This document shows, in pieces, positions 23,895 through 36,024 of a stretch of DNA of 64,000 nt. Location: positions 77,624,001 to 77,688,000 of the forward strand of contig NC_073381.1 in assembly GCF_028641065.1 (NCBI RefSeq). The letters are read 5' to 3'. The stretch comes from Leucoraja erinacea. Taxonomy: Eukaryota. Under the pieces are notes generated by a model, which saw only the letters and a list, made by a program, of their open reading frames with translations, did not search any database and was not told where the DNA came from. The position numbers and the translations under genes were made by a program. Positions within the stretch are counted from its first letter, which is position 1; every line of letters starts with the position of its first letter.

Positions 23895-24379
23895 GTAATT
23901 CAGCCTCCCGTTCTTCGCGGCGTGGACGCGTCCGGCTTCCCTGTTTCTGTGTAGCATTCCTCTCCAGAGATGCTGCCTGGCCCGCTGAGCTGCTCCAGCA
24001 TTTTGTGTCTATTTCCTGTTTCAGTCCCGCTCTCTTATTTTCACCCCAGGATTTGTCTTGCAGCTCCTCGGCGCACAGCAGGACGCCGATCGGTCCATCG
24101 AATCGGTACCGGCTCAGAGCACATTGATCAGGCTTGTAAGGCAGTGCATTGTCTCCTGTTCTCTCTCCCCTGATATCTCCAGCCACCCTCAGTAGTTTAG
24201 TTTATTATAGTTGTAACGTGTACCGAGGTACAGTAAAAAAAATAAATTTTGCATGCTATCCAGTCAGGGAAAAGACTAGATATTATTACAATCAAGTCAT
24301 CCACAGAGTACAGGTACAGAATGAAGGGGAGAAGGTTTTGTGCAAGGACTTGCACTGTCCATTCATTTCTAAAAATTGT

Positions 24380-24425
24380 ATGAACTTAACAGCTAATTTC
24401 TCTCATTTCAGGTAGCCCGGCATTC

Positions 24426-24466
<41 letters not shown>

Positions 24467-24965
24467 CTCCTCCACCCAAGTTACACTAGCTTCTTATTTT
24501 CACCAATGGCTTGTTCCCTTTGTCATTGTTACTTTTTTTGCGTATCTTTCATTCATTGTTCTTTATCTCTCCACATCACCGTCTATATCTCTCGTTTCCT
24601 CATCCCTAACCAGTCTAAAGAAGGGTCTCCACCCAAAATGTCACCCATTCCTTCTCTCCAGAGATGCTGCCTGGCCGGCTGAGTTACTCCAGCTTTTTGT
24701 GTCTATCTTCAGTTCTGCAGTTCCTTCTTACACACAGCTAATTTCTTGCAACCGCAAGGGATGCTACACTTGTCGCTTTACCTCCCCCCTTGACTCCATT
24801 CAAGGACCCAAACAGTCGTTCCAGGTGCGACAGAGGTTCACCTGCATCTCCTCCAACCTCATCTATTGCATCCACTGCTCTAGATGTCAGCTGATCTACA
24901 TCGGTGAGACCAAGTGTAGGCTTGGCGATCATTTTGCCGAACACCTCCGCTCGGTCCGAAACAGC
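24380..24965 (+). mobile_element. Penelope-like element: pLTR plus GIY-YIG endonuclease fragment
   Basis: CNRKGCYTC...FTCISSNLIYCIHCSRCQLIYIGETKCRLGDHFAEHLRSV is the PLE GIY-YIG signature; the adjacent terminal repeat is shared with many short copies in the window. Confidence 0.85.
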
Positions 24966-25242
24966 AGAATGATGCAAATTGTAGTGCAATCTGAAGAAGT
25001 ACAAAATAAATACTCGTGCAACAATGGGATAACTGTCATTTATTTCTTTATTATATTATTAAATATTGTTATATTGAGTTATTTTTTTAATACGTAATGA
25101 TATCCCATTATATTATTGACATTTATTTTAAGGCTCTTCTTATCAATATTATCCACAATAAATTAGACCTACATCTCCTATAATAAACACAGTGCAGCTT
25201 TTGGAAATTGACATTAACCACATATTTGACATATTTGAACAG

Positions 25243-25385
25243 ATTCACGTGATCAAAATGGGAATTCGAGTGAAGAACCAGAGAAATGGACAAAATCTCA
25301 AATTTTCACACTGATATCTGCAGCATCGATGAACTTTAGCTCGATGATTTGTTATTCAATTCTTGGACCTTTCTTTCCAAAAGAG
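25243..25385 (+). CDS. SLC18B1: SLC18B1 exon 2 (...QIFTLISAASMNFSSMICYSILGPFFPKE)
   Basis: cag|...GAG|gtaat; matches the SLC18B1 TM1 motif CYSILGPFFPKE. Confidence 0.93.
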
Positions 25386-25969
25386 GTAATTAACATTTTG
25401 ATGGTAATTTAAAAAACATTTTTTTAAATCCCTCTTCATTATTTTTTTAGTGAATCCTGAACTTTGAGTTAGGTTGTTCAAATGTTGTTGAGTGACTAGG
25501 CTCAATAGGTTTCACAATATTGGGATATTGCACTCATTGTTAATAAGTAAACTGTTGTTGCTGATAAACCCATTCTTATTTCAGGAATTATTCTGGTGCA
25601 TCTTTGTGGCATTCCCTCTCCCACAAGTACATAGAGATGTACAGCACAGAAATAGGCCCTTTGGCTCACCAGGTCCATCTCAACCTCTTTGGCCTGCATA
25701 AGTGGTCCGATGGATATTTGAGTCTGAAGAATGGTCCCAACTTGAAATGTCACCTATCCATGTTCTCCAGAGATGCTGCCTAACTTGCTGAGTTACTCCA
25801 GCACTTTGTCTTTTTTTGATCCTGTGGATCATATTGCCAAAGAGTATCAATGAAGATGGGCAGAGGTGGGATGAGGTTTCACAGTTAAATTACAAATACT
25901 TCTTAGCAACAATGAGTTTATTAATGATCATGTGTTATGGATTTGTTCTCTTTTGTACTCTCTTTGCAG

Positions 25970-26065
25970 GCAGAAAAGAAAGGAGTTAATGCCAGCATTG
26001 TTGGAATGATTTTTGGATGTTTTTCTGTATTCAATTTAATATTTTCACTGATCATGGGAAAATAT
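25970..26065 (+). CDS. SLC18B1: SLC18B1 exon 3 (AEKKGVNASIVGMIFGCFSVFNLIFSLIMGKY)
   Basis: ttgcag|...|gtaagt, 96 nt. Confidence 0.95.
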
Positions 26066-26388
26066 GTAAGTATAATATTAATGTTACATTGAATTAATGC
26101 ATATTGGATCTAGAGTTTTTATTTAACTTTTCTTGTGTTTTGTTTTATAATATTCTTGTTTGAATGTTAGAATGATGATACTCCTTTACCAAAGTTTTTT
26201 CAATTAGTGAATATCTGCTATTATTTATTTTACTACTTGATCTGTCCATCGAAATAGTTATATTTTAAACATTGGTGGAAAAAAAACAAGAAATTACTTG
26301 CCTTATTTCCTCATAACTTTGCTTTATTTCATGCTATCATTAAGGAAGCAGTATAAGTACATTTCGACAAAACAACAATAAGCTAAAG

Positions 26389-26780
26389 TCTGAGGAAGGA
26401 GGCTCGACTGGCAATGTCAACTATTCCTTTTCTCAGAGATGCTGCCTGATCTGTTGAGTTACTCCAGCATTTTGTGACTATCAACAATAAACAAAAGATA
26501 GACACAAAATACTGGAGTAACTCAGCAGGACAGGCAGCATCTCTGGAGAGAAGGAATGGGTGACGTTTCGGGTCGTGACCCTTCTTCAGGTTGAGAGTCA
26601 GGGGAGAGGGAGATGCATAAGGAAGGGTAAGATGTGAAAGCAAGACATCAAAACCGATGGGGATCAAGGAAAATGCAGAATAGATCATTGTTAGCAAGGA
26701 GAAGGTGACGACAAAGCAATCAGCGATCAAATGTAATCGGGGACAGACAGGTTGGTCGGAGAACTGGGAAAAGGGAGGGA
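26389..26780. mobile_element. Inverted pair of Penelope pLTR-derived elements
   Basis: Plus-strand arm 26389-26480 and minus-strand arm 26495-26780 of the same repeat. Confidence 0.75.
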
Positions 26781-27209
26781 AACTGAAGCCTATTGAATCC
26801 CATGAGGGTCATTGACCCAGAAAGTATGAGAAATTGTTATATGAAGAGTTTCACTGAATCTTTTGAAGAGTTTGTATATTAAGGATTTTTTAAAACAGTG
26901 TTTGATACAAATGCTGCATCCCCTGCACCACTAGGGGTCTATACATCAGTATAGGACACATGTAGACACAAAGTGCTGGAGTAGCCAGTCAGGCAGCATC
27001 CCTGGAGAACATGCAGAGGTGATGGTTCGGATTTGCCTTCATTGGCAACGCAAATGTGGCCCATAACATTTTCTCTATCTCAGTGGCTGAGGTATATCTC
27101 TCAGACAATGGCAGACCAACTTGCCCTAGTATCAAAGCACAAACTTGTTGTTGGTTCATCTTGCAAGAAGGTGACCCTGTATACAACATCCATATCATCC
27201 TCTATGACA

Positions 27210-28136
27210 ATAAACAATAGGTGCAGGAGTAGGCCATTCAGCCCTTTGAGCCATCACCACCATTCAATGTGATCATGGCTGATCATCCCCAATCAGTGCC
27301 CCGTACCTGCCTTCTCCCCATATCCCCTGACTCCGCTATGTTTAAGAGCCCTATCTATCTCTCTCTTGAAAGCATCCAGAGAACCTGCCTCCAACGCCCT
27401 CTGAGGCAGAGAATTCCACACTCACCACTCTCTGTGAGAAAAAGTGTTTCCTCGTCTCCGTTCTAAATGGCTTACTCCTTATTCTTAAACTGTGTCCCCT
27501 GGTTCTGGACTACCCCAACATCGGGAACATGTTTCCTGCCTCTAGCGTGTCCAAACCCTTAACAATCTTTTATGTTTCAATGAGATCCCCCTCTCTCCTA
27601 AAGTCCAGAGTGTACAAGCCCAGCCGCTCCATTCTCTCAGCATATGACAGTCCCGCCATCCCGGGAATTAACCTTGTAAACCTACTGCACTCCCTCAATA
27701 GCAAGAACGGCCTTCCTCAAATTAGGGGACCAAAACTGCACACAATACTCCAGGTGTGGTCTCACTGGGGCTCTGAACAACTGCAGAAGGACCTCTTTGC
27801 TCCTATATTTGATTCCTCTTGTTATAAAGGCTAACATGCCATTTGCTTTCATCACTGGCTGCTGTACCTGCATGCTTACTTTCATAGACTGATGTACGAG
27901 GACCCCCAGATCCTGTTGTATTTCCCCCTTTCCCAACTTGACGCCATTTAGATAGTAATCTGCCTTCCTGTTTTTGCTACCAAAGTCGATAACCTCACAT
28001 TTATCCGCATTAAACTTCATCTTCCATGCATCTGTCCACTCCCCCAACTTGTCCAAGTCGCCCTGCATTCTCATAGCATCATCCTCCTCACTGCCACCCA
28101 GCTTTGTGTCATCTGCAAATTTGCTAATGTTACTAT
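27210..28136 (-). mobile_element. CR1 LINE 3' fragment
   Basis: SKFADDTKLGG...RPHLEYCVQFWSP reverse-transcriptase C-terminus. Confidence 0.9.
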
Positions 28137-28925
28137 GAGCATTCAACAGATGCTGTTTGGTGTTCCTATTTCGTCCTCCTTATTCTATTACTCTACCATG
28201 GGTACAGTGCCCCATTGGGGAAATTTGGACCATGATATTTAGCAGCAATTGTCTATTGTCCGTTGTCTATTGCAGAGACTTGCATCTTCAAGCAACAAGC
28301 TCTATCCTGCGCTGATTACATCACTGGGCCATCTCAGCAAACATCCTGGGTCTGGATGACAGTGGCATCCAATTTAATTTAGTTTAGAGATGGAACATGG
28401 AAACAGGCCCTTCGGTCCACGGAGTCCAAGCCGACTATTGATCACCCATACACTATTTCTCACATGCACACCAGGGACAATTTAAAGAAGCCTATAAAGT
28501 TGCATACAGTTGGAGTGGGGGAGCAAACCGGAGCACCTTGAGAAAACACACACAATCACATACAGAAGGCACCCGTAGACAGAAGATAGACACAAAATGC
28601 TGGAGCAACTCAGCTGGACAGGCAGCATCTCTAGAGAGAAGGAATGGGTGATGCGCTGTAGGCAGCAACTCTACCACTGTGCCATCCAAATGGGAGTGCA
28701 GTTCAGGTATACACAATGTATATAATTAAGTCAACAATATATATTTGTGCCATTTGGAAATTATAGTATTTGCATGACATTAGTGCTCCAATATTGGTTC
28801 TAGTGATAGAGGAAAAAGCAGGAGGATTCTGTCAAAGTGGCCACAACAAATTGCTGCAGTGTGTTCCATAGTTGCAGGCTGAATATGATGGTGAAGGTGG
28901 TACTCACTGAGAATGCGCTGAGGTG

Positions 28926-29935
28926 GAGTCATAGTGATACAGTGTGGAAATAGGCCATTCGGCCCAACTTGCCCACAATGGCTAACATGTCCCAGCTACA
29001 CTGGTCCCTCCTGCCGACATTTGGTCCATGTTCCTTCAAACCTGTCCTATCCCATGTACCTGTCTAACTGTTCCTTAAACGTTGGGATAGTCCCTGCCTC
29101 AACTACCACATCTGGCAGCTTGGTCCATACACCCACCACCCTTTGTGTGAAAAAGTTACCCCTCAGATTCCTATTAAAACTTTTCCCCTTCATCATGAAC
29201 CTATGTCCTCTGGTCCTTGATTCCCCTACTCAGGGCAAGACTCTGTGCATCTACCCGATCTATTCCTCTCATGATTTTGTACACCTCTATAAGATCACCC
29301 CTCATCCGCCTACGCTATGATGGAATAGAGATCCAGCCAACTCAACCTTTCCCTGTAGCTCACACCCTCTAGTCCTGGCAACATCCTCGTCAATCTTTTC
29401 TGAACCCTTTCAAGGTTGACAATATTTTTCCTTATCATGGTGCCCAGAACTGAACACGATATTCTAAATGCGGTCTCACAAACGCCTTATACAACTGCAA
29501 CATGATGTCCCAACTTCTATACTCAATACTCTGACTGATGAAGACCTATATGCCAAATGCTTTTTTAACCACCTTATCTACCTGCGACTCGACCTGCAAG
29601 GAACCATGAACCTGCACTCCTAGATCCCTCTGCTCTACAACACTCCCCAGAGGCCTACCATTCGCTGTGTAGGTCCTGCCCTTGTTAGACATCCTAAAAT
29701 GCAACACCTGACACTTCTCTGTATTAAATTCCATCAACCATTCCTCTGCCCACCTGGACAATCGATCAAGATCCTGCTGCAATCTTTTACAACCATCTTC
29801 ACTATCTGCAAAACCACCCACTTTTGTATCATCAGCAAACTAGCCAATCTTGCCCTGCCTGATTTCATCCAAACCATTGATGTAGATGACAAACAGGAAC
29901 GGGCCCAGCACCGAACCCTGAGGCACGCCACTCGT
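28926..29935 (-). mobile_element. CR1 LINE 3' fragment
   Basis: LQQDLDRLSRWAEEWLMEFNTEKC..RDLGVQVH frame. Confidence 0.88.
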
Positions 29936-30678
29936 CAAAGTGATGCTGAGAGAGACTATTGATGAGTGTATATTGTTTGATGTCATTGACCATACTCTTC
30001 ATCATTTTACTGATAGAAGTGAAGTCAACATTTATAATTTGAAATACAGCCAAACTCCATAAAATGGATTGCATAAGAAATTAAAGCTTGATGAATGGCA
30101 CGGCTGCTGATGTATCTATCTTGTTAGAATACTTTTAATAGGTATTGCAGTTATTCATGAAACTTTGAAATGTGCTGTAAGCCACTTCTCTCAGTTATAC
30201 CTTGATCCCTGGCCTCAAAACCATATGTTGGGTGCAGTACTGTACATATTTAACTGCTTTTTCTTGTACCAAGGCATGGAACGCAATGATAACTCTCTTT
30301 CACAGTGTGTACGTTTGGAGACCAGTTGGTAATTGAACAATTCTTTCAGTGAGAAATGGAGCACAAGGTTGTATAACCTGTAACTTTGAGCACCAGTATC
30401 TATACAGTTTACAGTGACAATCAAGCTAGGATACAGGGGTCCAGGTGGAGCAGTAAAGCTGTAACCCGCTGTCTGAAAAGATGCACTTAATAGTCCAGAA
30501 GTTTATGAAACTGTATTAATTTATATCAGTTACATTTTAAAGCAGACTATTAGCCTGTAATTAACCAGCCTGAGAAATATACTCGTAGGGAATGATTTTT
30601 AAAAAATTGGTTAAAAATCAGTGGATGACTATTTTTTAAGTGTGGGCGTTTAACCGATGAGGATGAATATTAAACATA

Positions 30679-30993
30679 TGGGTGGCATAGCGGTACTATG
30701 GTACAGTTGCTGCCTTACAGCGCCAGAGTCCCGGCTTTGATCCTGATTATGGGTGCTGTCTGTATGGAGTTTGTACGTTCTACCCATGACCTGTATGGGT
30801 TTTCTCTGGGTCCTCCGGTTTCCTCCCACACTCCAAAGATGTACAGGTTTGTAGATTAATTGGCTTTGGTAGAAAATTGTAAATTGTCCTGCGTGTGTAT
30901 GTGGGATAGTGTTAGTGTGCGGGGATCGCTGGTCGGCGTGGATTCAGTGAGCCGAAGGGCCTGTTTCCGTGCTGTATCTCTAAACTAAACTAA
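30679..30993 (+). mobile_element. tRNA-derived V-SINE (HE1-like), near full length
   Basis: A/B-box-like head, V-domain-like core (ggtttcctcccacactccaaaga) and CR1-like tail with (ctaaa)n. Further copies at ~3200-3390(-), 35040-35345, 39580-39880, 45140-45350(-), 50613-50885 and 58610-58875(-). Confidence 0.8.
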
Positions 30994-31091
30994 AGCTACT
31001 CTGATTTCCTAATGCTTGTGCGTTAAACATGAATTGATAGGCATTTTAGTTGACCATTTGAGCGACCGGCTAACTTGTTTTATTCCCCCAG

Positions 31092-31165
31092 ATTGTGCAA
31101 ATTGGTGCAAAATTCATGTTTGTGGCTGGCATGCTTGTCTCTGGTTGCTGCACTATTCTTTTTGG
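31092..31165 (+). CDS. SLC18B1: SLC18B1 exon 4 (IVQIGAKFMFVAGMLVSGCCTILFG)
   Basis: ccccag|...|gtgagt, 74 nt; IGAKFMFVAGM motif. Confidence 0.95.
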
Positions 31166-31810
31166 GTGAGTTACGTTCTTTACTATCCATACTGCTCAGG
31201 TTACATCTTTGGGGGTCTGATTGTGTGGAACTATTTGTAAAACAAATTTTAAAACATTTGCATTTTATCAATAAATGACCGGAAGGGAGGGAGATTCAAT
31301 GAAATTATAAACATTGATATGCAGGATTATATAATTTTGAAATTGAAGTGTTGGCTTTGGACCCGATTGGTGTTTTCTTTATAATGGTATATTGAGAACC
31401 AAAATCTTAATTCCCTGGTGCAAATGTGGGTAGTAAATATCATTTTACATGAATTTAAATGCAGTTTTAAGTTAACAAGGATGATCCCAGGGATGATTGA
31501 GTTAACGTATGATGAGCATTTGATGGCACTGGGCCTGTACTCGCTAGAGTTTAGAAAGATGAAGGAGGACCTCATGAAACTTACCAATAGTGAAAGGCCA
31601 GGATAGAGTGGATGTGGAGAGGATCATTCCAATAGTGGGAGAGTCTAGGACCAGAGGGCACAGCCTCGGAATAAAAGGACGACCATAAGAAAGGATGTGA
31701 GGGGGAATTTCTTTCGTCCGAGGGTGGTGAATTTGTGGAATTCATTAGCAGGTCATTGGGTATTTTTAAAATGAAGATTGACTAGTTCATGATTAGTGCG
31801 GGTGTCAGAG

Positions 31811-32851
31811 TAGCAATGTTACAACATTTTGAGATTTAAAATATCAAGTCTGCAACTTATCCCTTCAGATAAAGCATAAAAAGAAGTTTAATTTGACACC
31901 TAATTCACTTTTATGTCTTCAGTATTAAAAGTTATGGCCATTTTCATACTCGGAAATTAGCATCTTGTTCCCTATTGCTTTTCCATTGACTTAACACAAA
32001 AGCTGTGATCAAGGACAGTCAAGAGCCCACAACTTTCTTAAAAATTAAGAGAACTGAAAGAAATGTTCAGTTATTGTAGATTGAAGCATTCTGAAACAAA
32101 TATTAAACAATCTTTCTTGGATGACCTGAAATTAAAGCATATAATTAGTTAGTTACCTAATTGTAGCTAATTACAAAATTCAATTACTAGATCTAAACAA
32201 TCCATTTCCTAAGAAAATATTAACATTTTTAAATAGCCCAAGTGTCCAAATAACATTCACACAAGAATTCACAATATAACATGATTTTTAAATCTCATTG
32301 TCATGAATTTATAGGCCAAATGGAAGGGATTTTATGTTTAATTTCCGTAAATTAATGGGCTTTTAAATCATCTTGCGAGTGGGTTTTCGTGGAAAGCGAT
32401 TGATTGGAACGTTGCGGTTGCAGTGAATTTCAAAGCCCATATCGGCTGGAAAAACACTGCCGGTTCGTATGGGGCCAAAATCACATTTTCTCGAAGGAAA
32501 TTTTGATTAAAGTCATCCTAAGAAGCAAGTTTATATGTAAAATATACGACTTACCCCGTGTTTTGTCCCCTATGTGAGATCCATCCCGTTGTAGGCGTTG
32601 AGGGCGTTAGAAGTCGCTTTTTTATTTTACTCCGGTGATTAAATTGTTCCCCGATTTTTTTTAAACTTCCGAGAACGGAAGTCGGAAGGATTTTTCTGCA
32701 TCAGCTGGCAGGCTGAGAAAATCTATCTCGGACAGGCAGGAGAAAACGGCATATTAATCCCGCCCCCCCCCCCCTCAAAGGCGCCAAAGTCGTGCACACG
32801 GCTAGTGGCAGAACTGCAGCGCTGCTGAAGGTAAGTATTGCAACATTGCTA
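31811..32851. mobile_element. Non-autonomous hAT-type DNA transposon, 1041 bp, inside a CR1 in SLC18B1 intron 4
   Basis: TIR TAGCAATGTTACAA...TTGCAACATTGCTA; perfect 8-bp TSD tgtcagag at 31803-31810 and 32852-32859. Confidence 0.9.
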
Positions 32852-33484
32852 TGTCAGAGGAGAAGGCAGAAGAATGGGGTTGAGAGAGAAACATAGTTCA
32901 GCCATGATTGAATGACAGAGTGGACTCAATGGGCCGAAGGGCCTAATTCGGCTCCTATGACTTATGAACTAATTTATTCCTTAATGTATCTGCATTCCAG
33001 CACATTAAATCACTACCTCACAACGTCAGTAATCTGTGTTCGGTTCTGACATCAGGTGCTGGCCTGCGTGGAGTTTGCATTTCCTTGCTGCACCACGTTG
33101 GTTACCTTCCACATCCCAACAAAGCGTAGGTTGGTAGGTTCATTGGCCATTGTAAATTGTCTCTGGTGTGTAGGTGAGTGGTAGGATCTAGAGAGGGTTG
33201 ATGAGAACATGAGGCGAATAAAAAATGAGATTAATGTATCATTATTGTAAATGGGTAATTGATGGTCAATGAGGACTCATTTGAAAGGCCTGCTTTCATG
33301 ATGTATGAGTGCATGACTCACAGATTTAGCATAGAATCAGCCCCATTCTACCAGCCCCCATCACTCGTGCCCAACTCTGAAACGTTGAATTGAGTCCACA
33401 ACGCCAGCCTGGCTTTGATCAACCCCTTGAGATCTGACCACCACCTCTCCATCGCTATTGCCAGTCACCCTAAAATCAACCTCC

Positions 33485-33833
33485 TATAACCATATAACCA
33501 TATAACAATTACAGCACGGAAACAGGCCATCTCGGCCCTACAAGTCCATGCCGAACAAATGTTTTTTTCCCCTAAGTCCCACCTGCCTGCACTCATACCA
33601 TAACCCTCCATTCCCTTCTCATCCATATGCCTATCTAATTTATTTTTAAATGATACCAATGAACCTGCCTCCACCACTTCCACTGGGAGCTCATTCCACA
33701 CCGCCACCACTCTCTGCGTAAAGAAGTTCCCCCTCATATTACCCCTAAACCTCTGTCCCTTAATTCTGAAGTCATGTCCTCTTGTTTGAATCTTCCCTAT
33801 TCTCAAAGGGAAAAGCTTGTCCACATCAACTCT
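33485..33833 (-). mobile_element. CR1 LINE 3' end, (GGTTATAT)n-tailed subfamily
   Basis: Closely similar to the 3' end of the 36025-37850 element. Confidence 0.88.
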
Positions 33834-34540
33834 GATTAAAGTCTCTACATGATCCTCGATCACAAACTCTCACCTCTCAGGATCGGATGCATTTTCTCTC
33901 CCCTATGTCAGCAATTTCCTTCTAAAAAAGATACAAAGTGCTGTAGTAACTTAGCAGGTCAGACAGGATCCCTGGAAAACATGAATAAATGTCATTCGGG
34001 GTCAGGAAGAAGGGGCCCGACCTGAAATGCCACCTATCCGTGTTCTCCAGGAATGCTGCATGACCCGCTGAGTTACTCGCTTCATGATGTGAACAGTAGA
34101 ATTACAGCTGTAACCAAATGGAATGAGTTGATGTGCATGAAGTAAATCTTTAAAACCATATATAAAGAGAACTAAAGTGAATAGGTTTAAGGTGAAGGGG
34201 AAAAGATTTAATAGGATCTGAGGGGTAATGTTTTTGCACAAAGGCTGCCAGAGGAGTTAGTTGAGGTCTGGACTATCCTAACATCTAAGTAACAGTTAGA
34301 GAGGTACATGGAAAGGATAGGTTTGGAGGGATATGGGCCAAATGCAGGCAGATAGGACGACTGTAGCTGGGACATGTTGGCTGGTGTGGGCAAGTTGGGC
34401 CGAAGGACCTGTTTTCACACTGTCTCACTCTATGACTGAAGGCAGTGTAAATGTTTGCAATGCTTACCTGTCAAATAACATGGTAAAACATTTAGCATTC
34501 CTTTCTTGAAGTTGATACCAGTTTTTATTTCCCTTTTCAG

Positions 34541-34688
34541 CATATTGAATTTAGCCCCAGATGGACCCATATTTATCTCTTTGTGTTTCATCGTAAGATC
34601 AGCAGATGCAATCGGTTTTGCTGCAAGCTCAACTGCATCATTCTCAATTCTTGCTGCAACGTTTCCAAATAACATAGCTACAGTTATG
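34541..34688 (+). CDS. SLC18B1: SLC18B1 exon 5 (ILNLAPDGPIFISLCFIVRSADAIGFAASSTASFSILAATFPNNIATVM)
   Basis: ttttcag|...|gtaata, 148 nt. Confidence 0.95.
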
Positions 34689-35460
34689 GTAATAACAGAT
34701 GTAATGCCAATACTAAAGCGATGATTAACATTATTAAAGAGGGAAACATTGGTCATGAAAATATTATACATTGTACACATATTAATTTATTTTATGAAAC
34801 TTGATTTCAATCAATTCTGTAATTTTTAACTTGTTTGTCTTTTTGGTGCACCTTCTCCTTGTTATACTTTCCCGAACTGTGGTGTGCACATTAAGCTCTG
34901 TGGCTATTCTCAGCCATCAATAGAAGATCCTCTACCTACTTAGACATGTTCGGCCTACGAATATGAGGACTATCTGCTTTATTCTTTACCATTTATCGAG
35001 TAATTTTGGTGGTATATTGGCACACAAAGTAGAACCACACAGTGGCGCAGCGGTAGACTTGATGCCTTACAGCATTTGCAGCGCTGGAGACCCAGGTTCA
35101 ATCCTGACCACGGGTGCTGTCTGTCCAGAGTTTCTTCTTTCTCCCTGTGACCGCGTGGGTTTTCTCTGAGATTTTCGGTTTCCTCCCACACTCCAAAGCC
35201 GTACAGGTTTGCAGGTTAATTGGTTTCATAAATGTAAAAAACTGTCCCTGGTGTATAGGATAGTGTAATATGTGTGGATCGCTGGTTGTCGTGGACCTGT
35301 TGAGCCGAAATGCCTGTTTCCATACCGTATCTCTAAACAAAACTACACACCTGTCCCATAGCTGAAACAATTTTTGTCGATCTGTTGTTTTTAATTATTT
35401 TATATTTACAGAATTTAAAGCCGCAGTAACTTAATCTCCAAACTTTTTCTCCCCCCTCAG

Positions 35461-35617
35461 GGATCTCTGGAGATATTCACTGGACTTGGCCTATCATTGG
35501 GTCCACCTATTGGAGGCTACTTGTATCAACTATTTGGATATCAAATTCCTTTTATTTTGCTGGGATGTATCGTTCTATTAATGATACCTTTGAACATGTG
35601 CATTTTACCAAGATGTG
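35461..35617 (+). CDS. SLC18B1: SLC18B1 exon 6 (GSLEIFTGLGLSLGPPIGGYLYQLFGYQIPFILLGCIVLLMIPLNMCILPRC)
   Basis: ccctcag|...|gtaagc, 157 nt; MFS GPPxGG motif. Confidence 0.95.
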
Positions 35618-36024
35618 GTAAGCCTCAGCATCTTAATTTTTTTTGTTCTTGCTTACTTTTTGAGTCAACAACAACAATCAGTTTTATTTGTCACTTGCAC
35701 ATAAAGTGTAAGTGAAATGAATTTGCCAGCAGCGGTACAATGAAAAAGAACACACACAAACATCCACCACAGCATTCATCACTGTGGTGGAAGGCAAAAA
35801 ATTTGGCCAGTCCTCCTCCATTTTCCTTGGGGCTAGTGCTTAGTTTACAGATAAGGCATGGAAACAAGCCCTTAGGCCCACTGAGTCAATGCCAACCAAT
35901 GATCAACCTTACATTAGTTCTATGTTATCTCAGTTTTGCATCCTCCGCACTAGGGGCAATTTACAGAAGCCAATTAGCCTGAAAGCCAACAAATATTTGG
36001 AATGTGGGAGGAAACCAGAGTACC

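Larger units (their letters stand above)
21950..24130. promoter_or_regulatory. CpG-rich bidirectional promoter region of RPS12 (-) and SLC18B1 (+)
   Basis: Dense CpG against a CpG-poor background; RPS12 TSS ~22629 and SLC18B1 ATG 23873 diverge ~1.25 kb apart. Confidence 0.8.

Noticed and set aside
30679-30760. tRNA-like A/B boxes
   Set aside because: Heads of tRNA-derived SINEs; no cloverleaf, so not tRNA genes.
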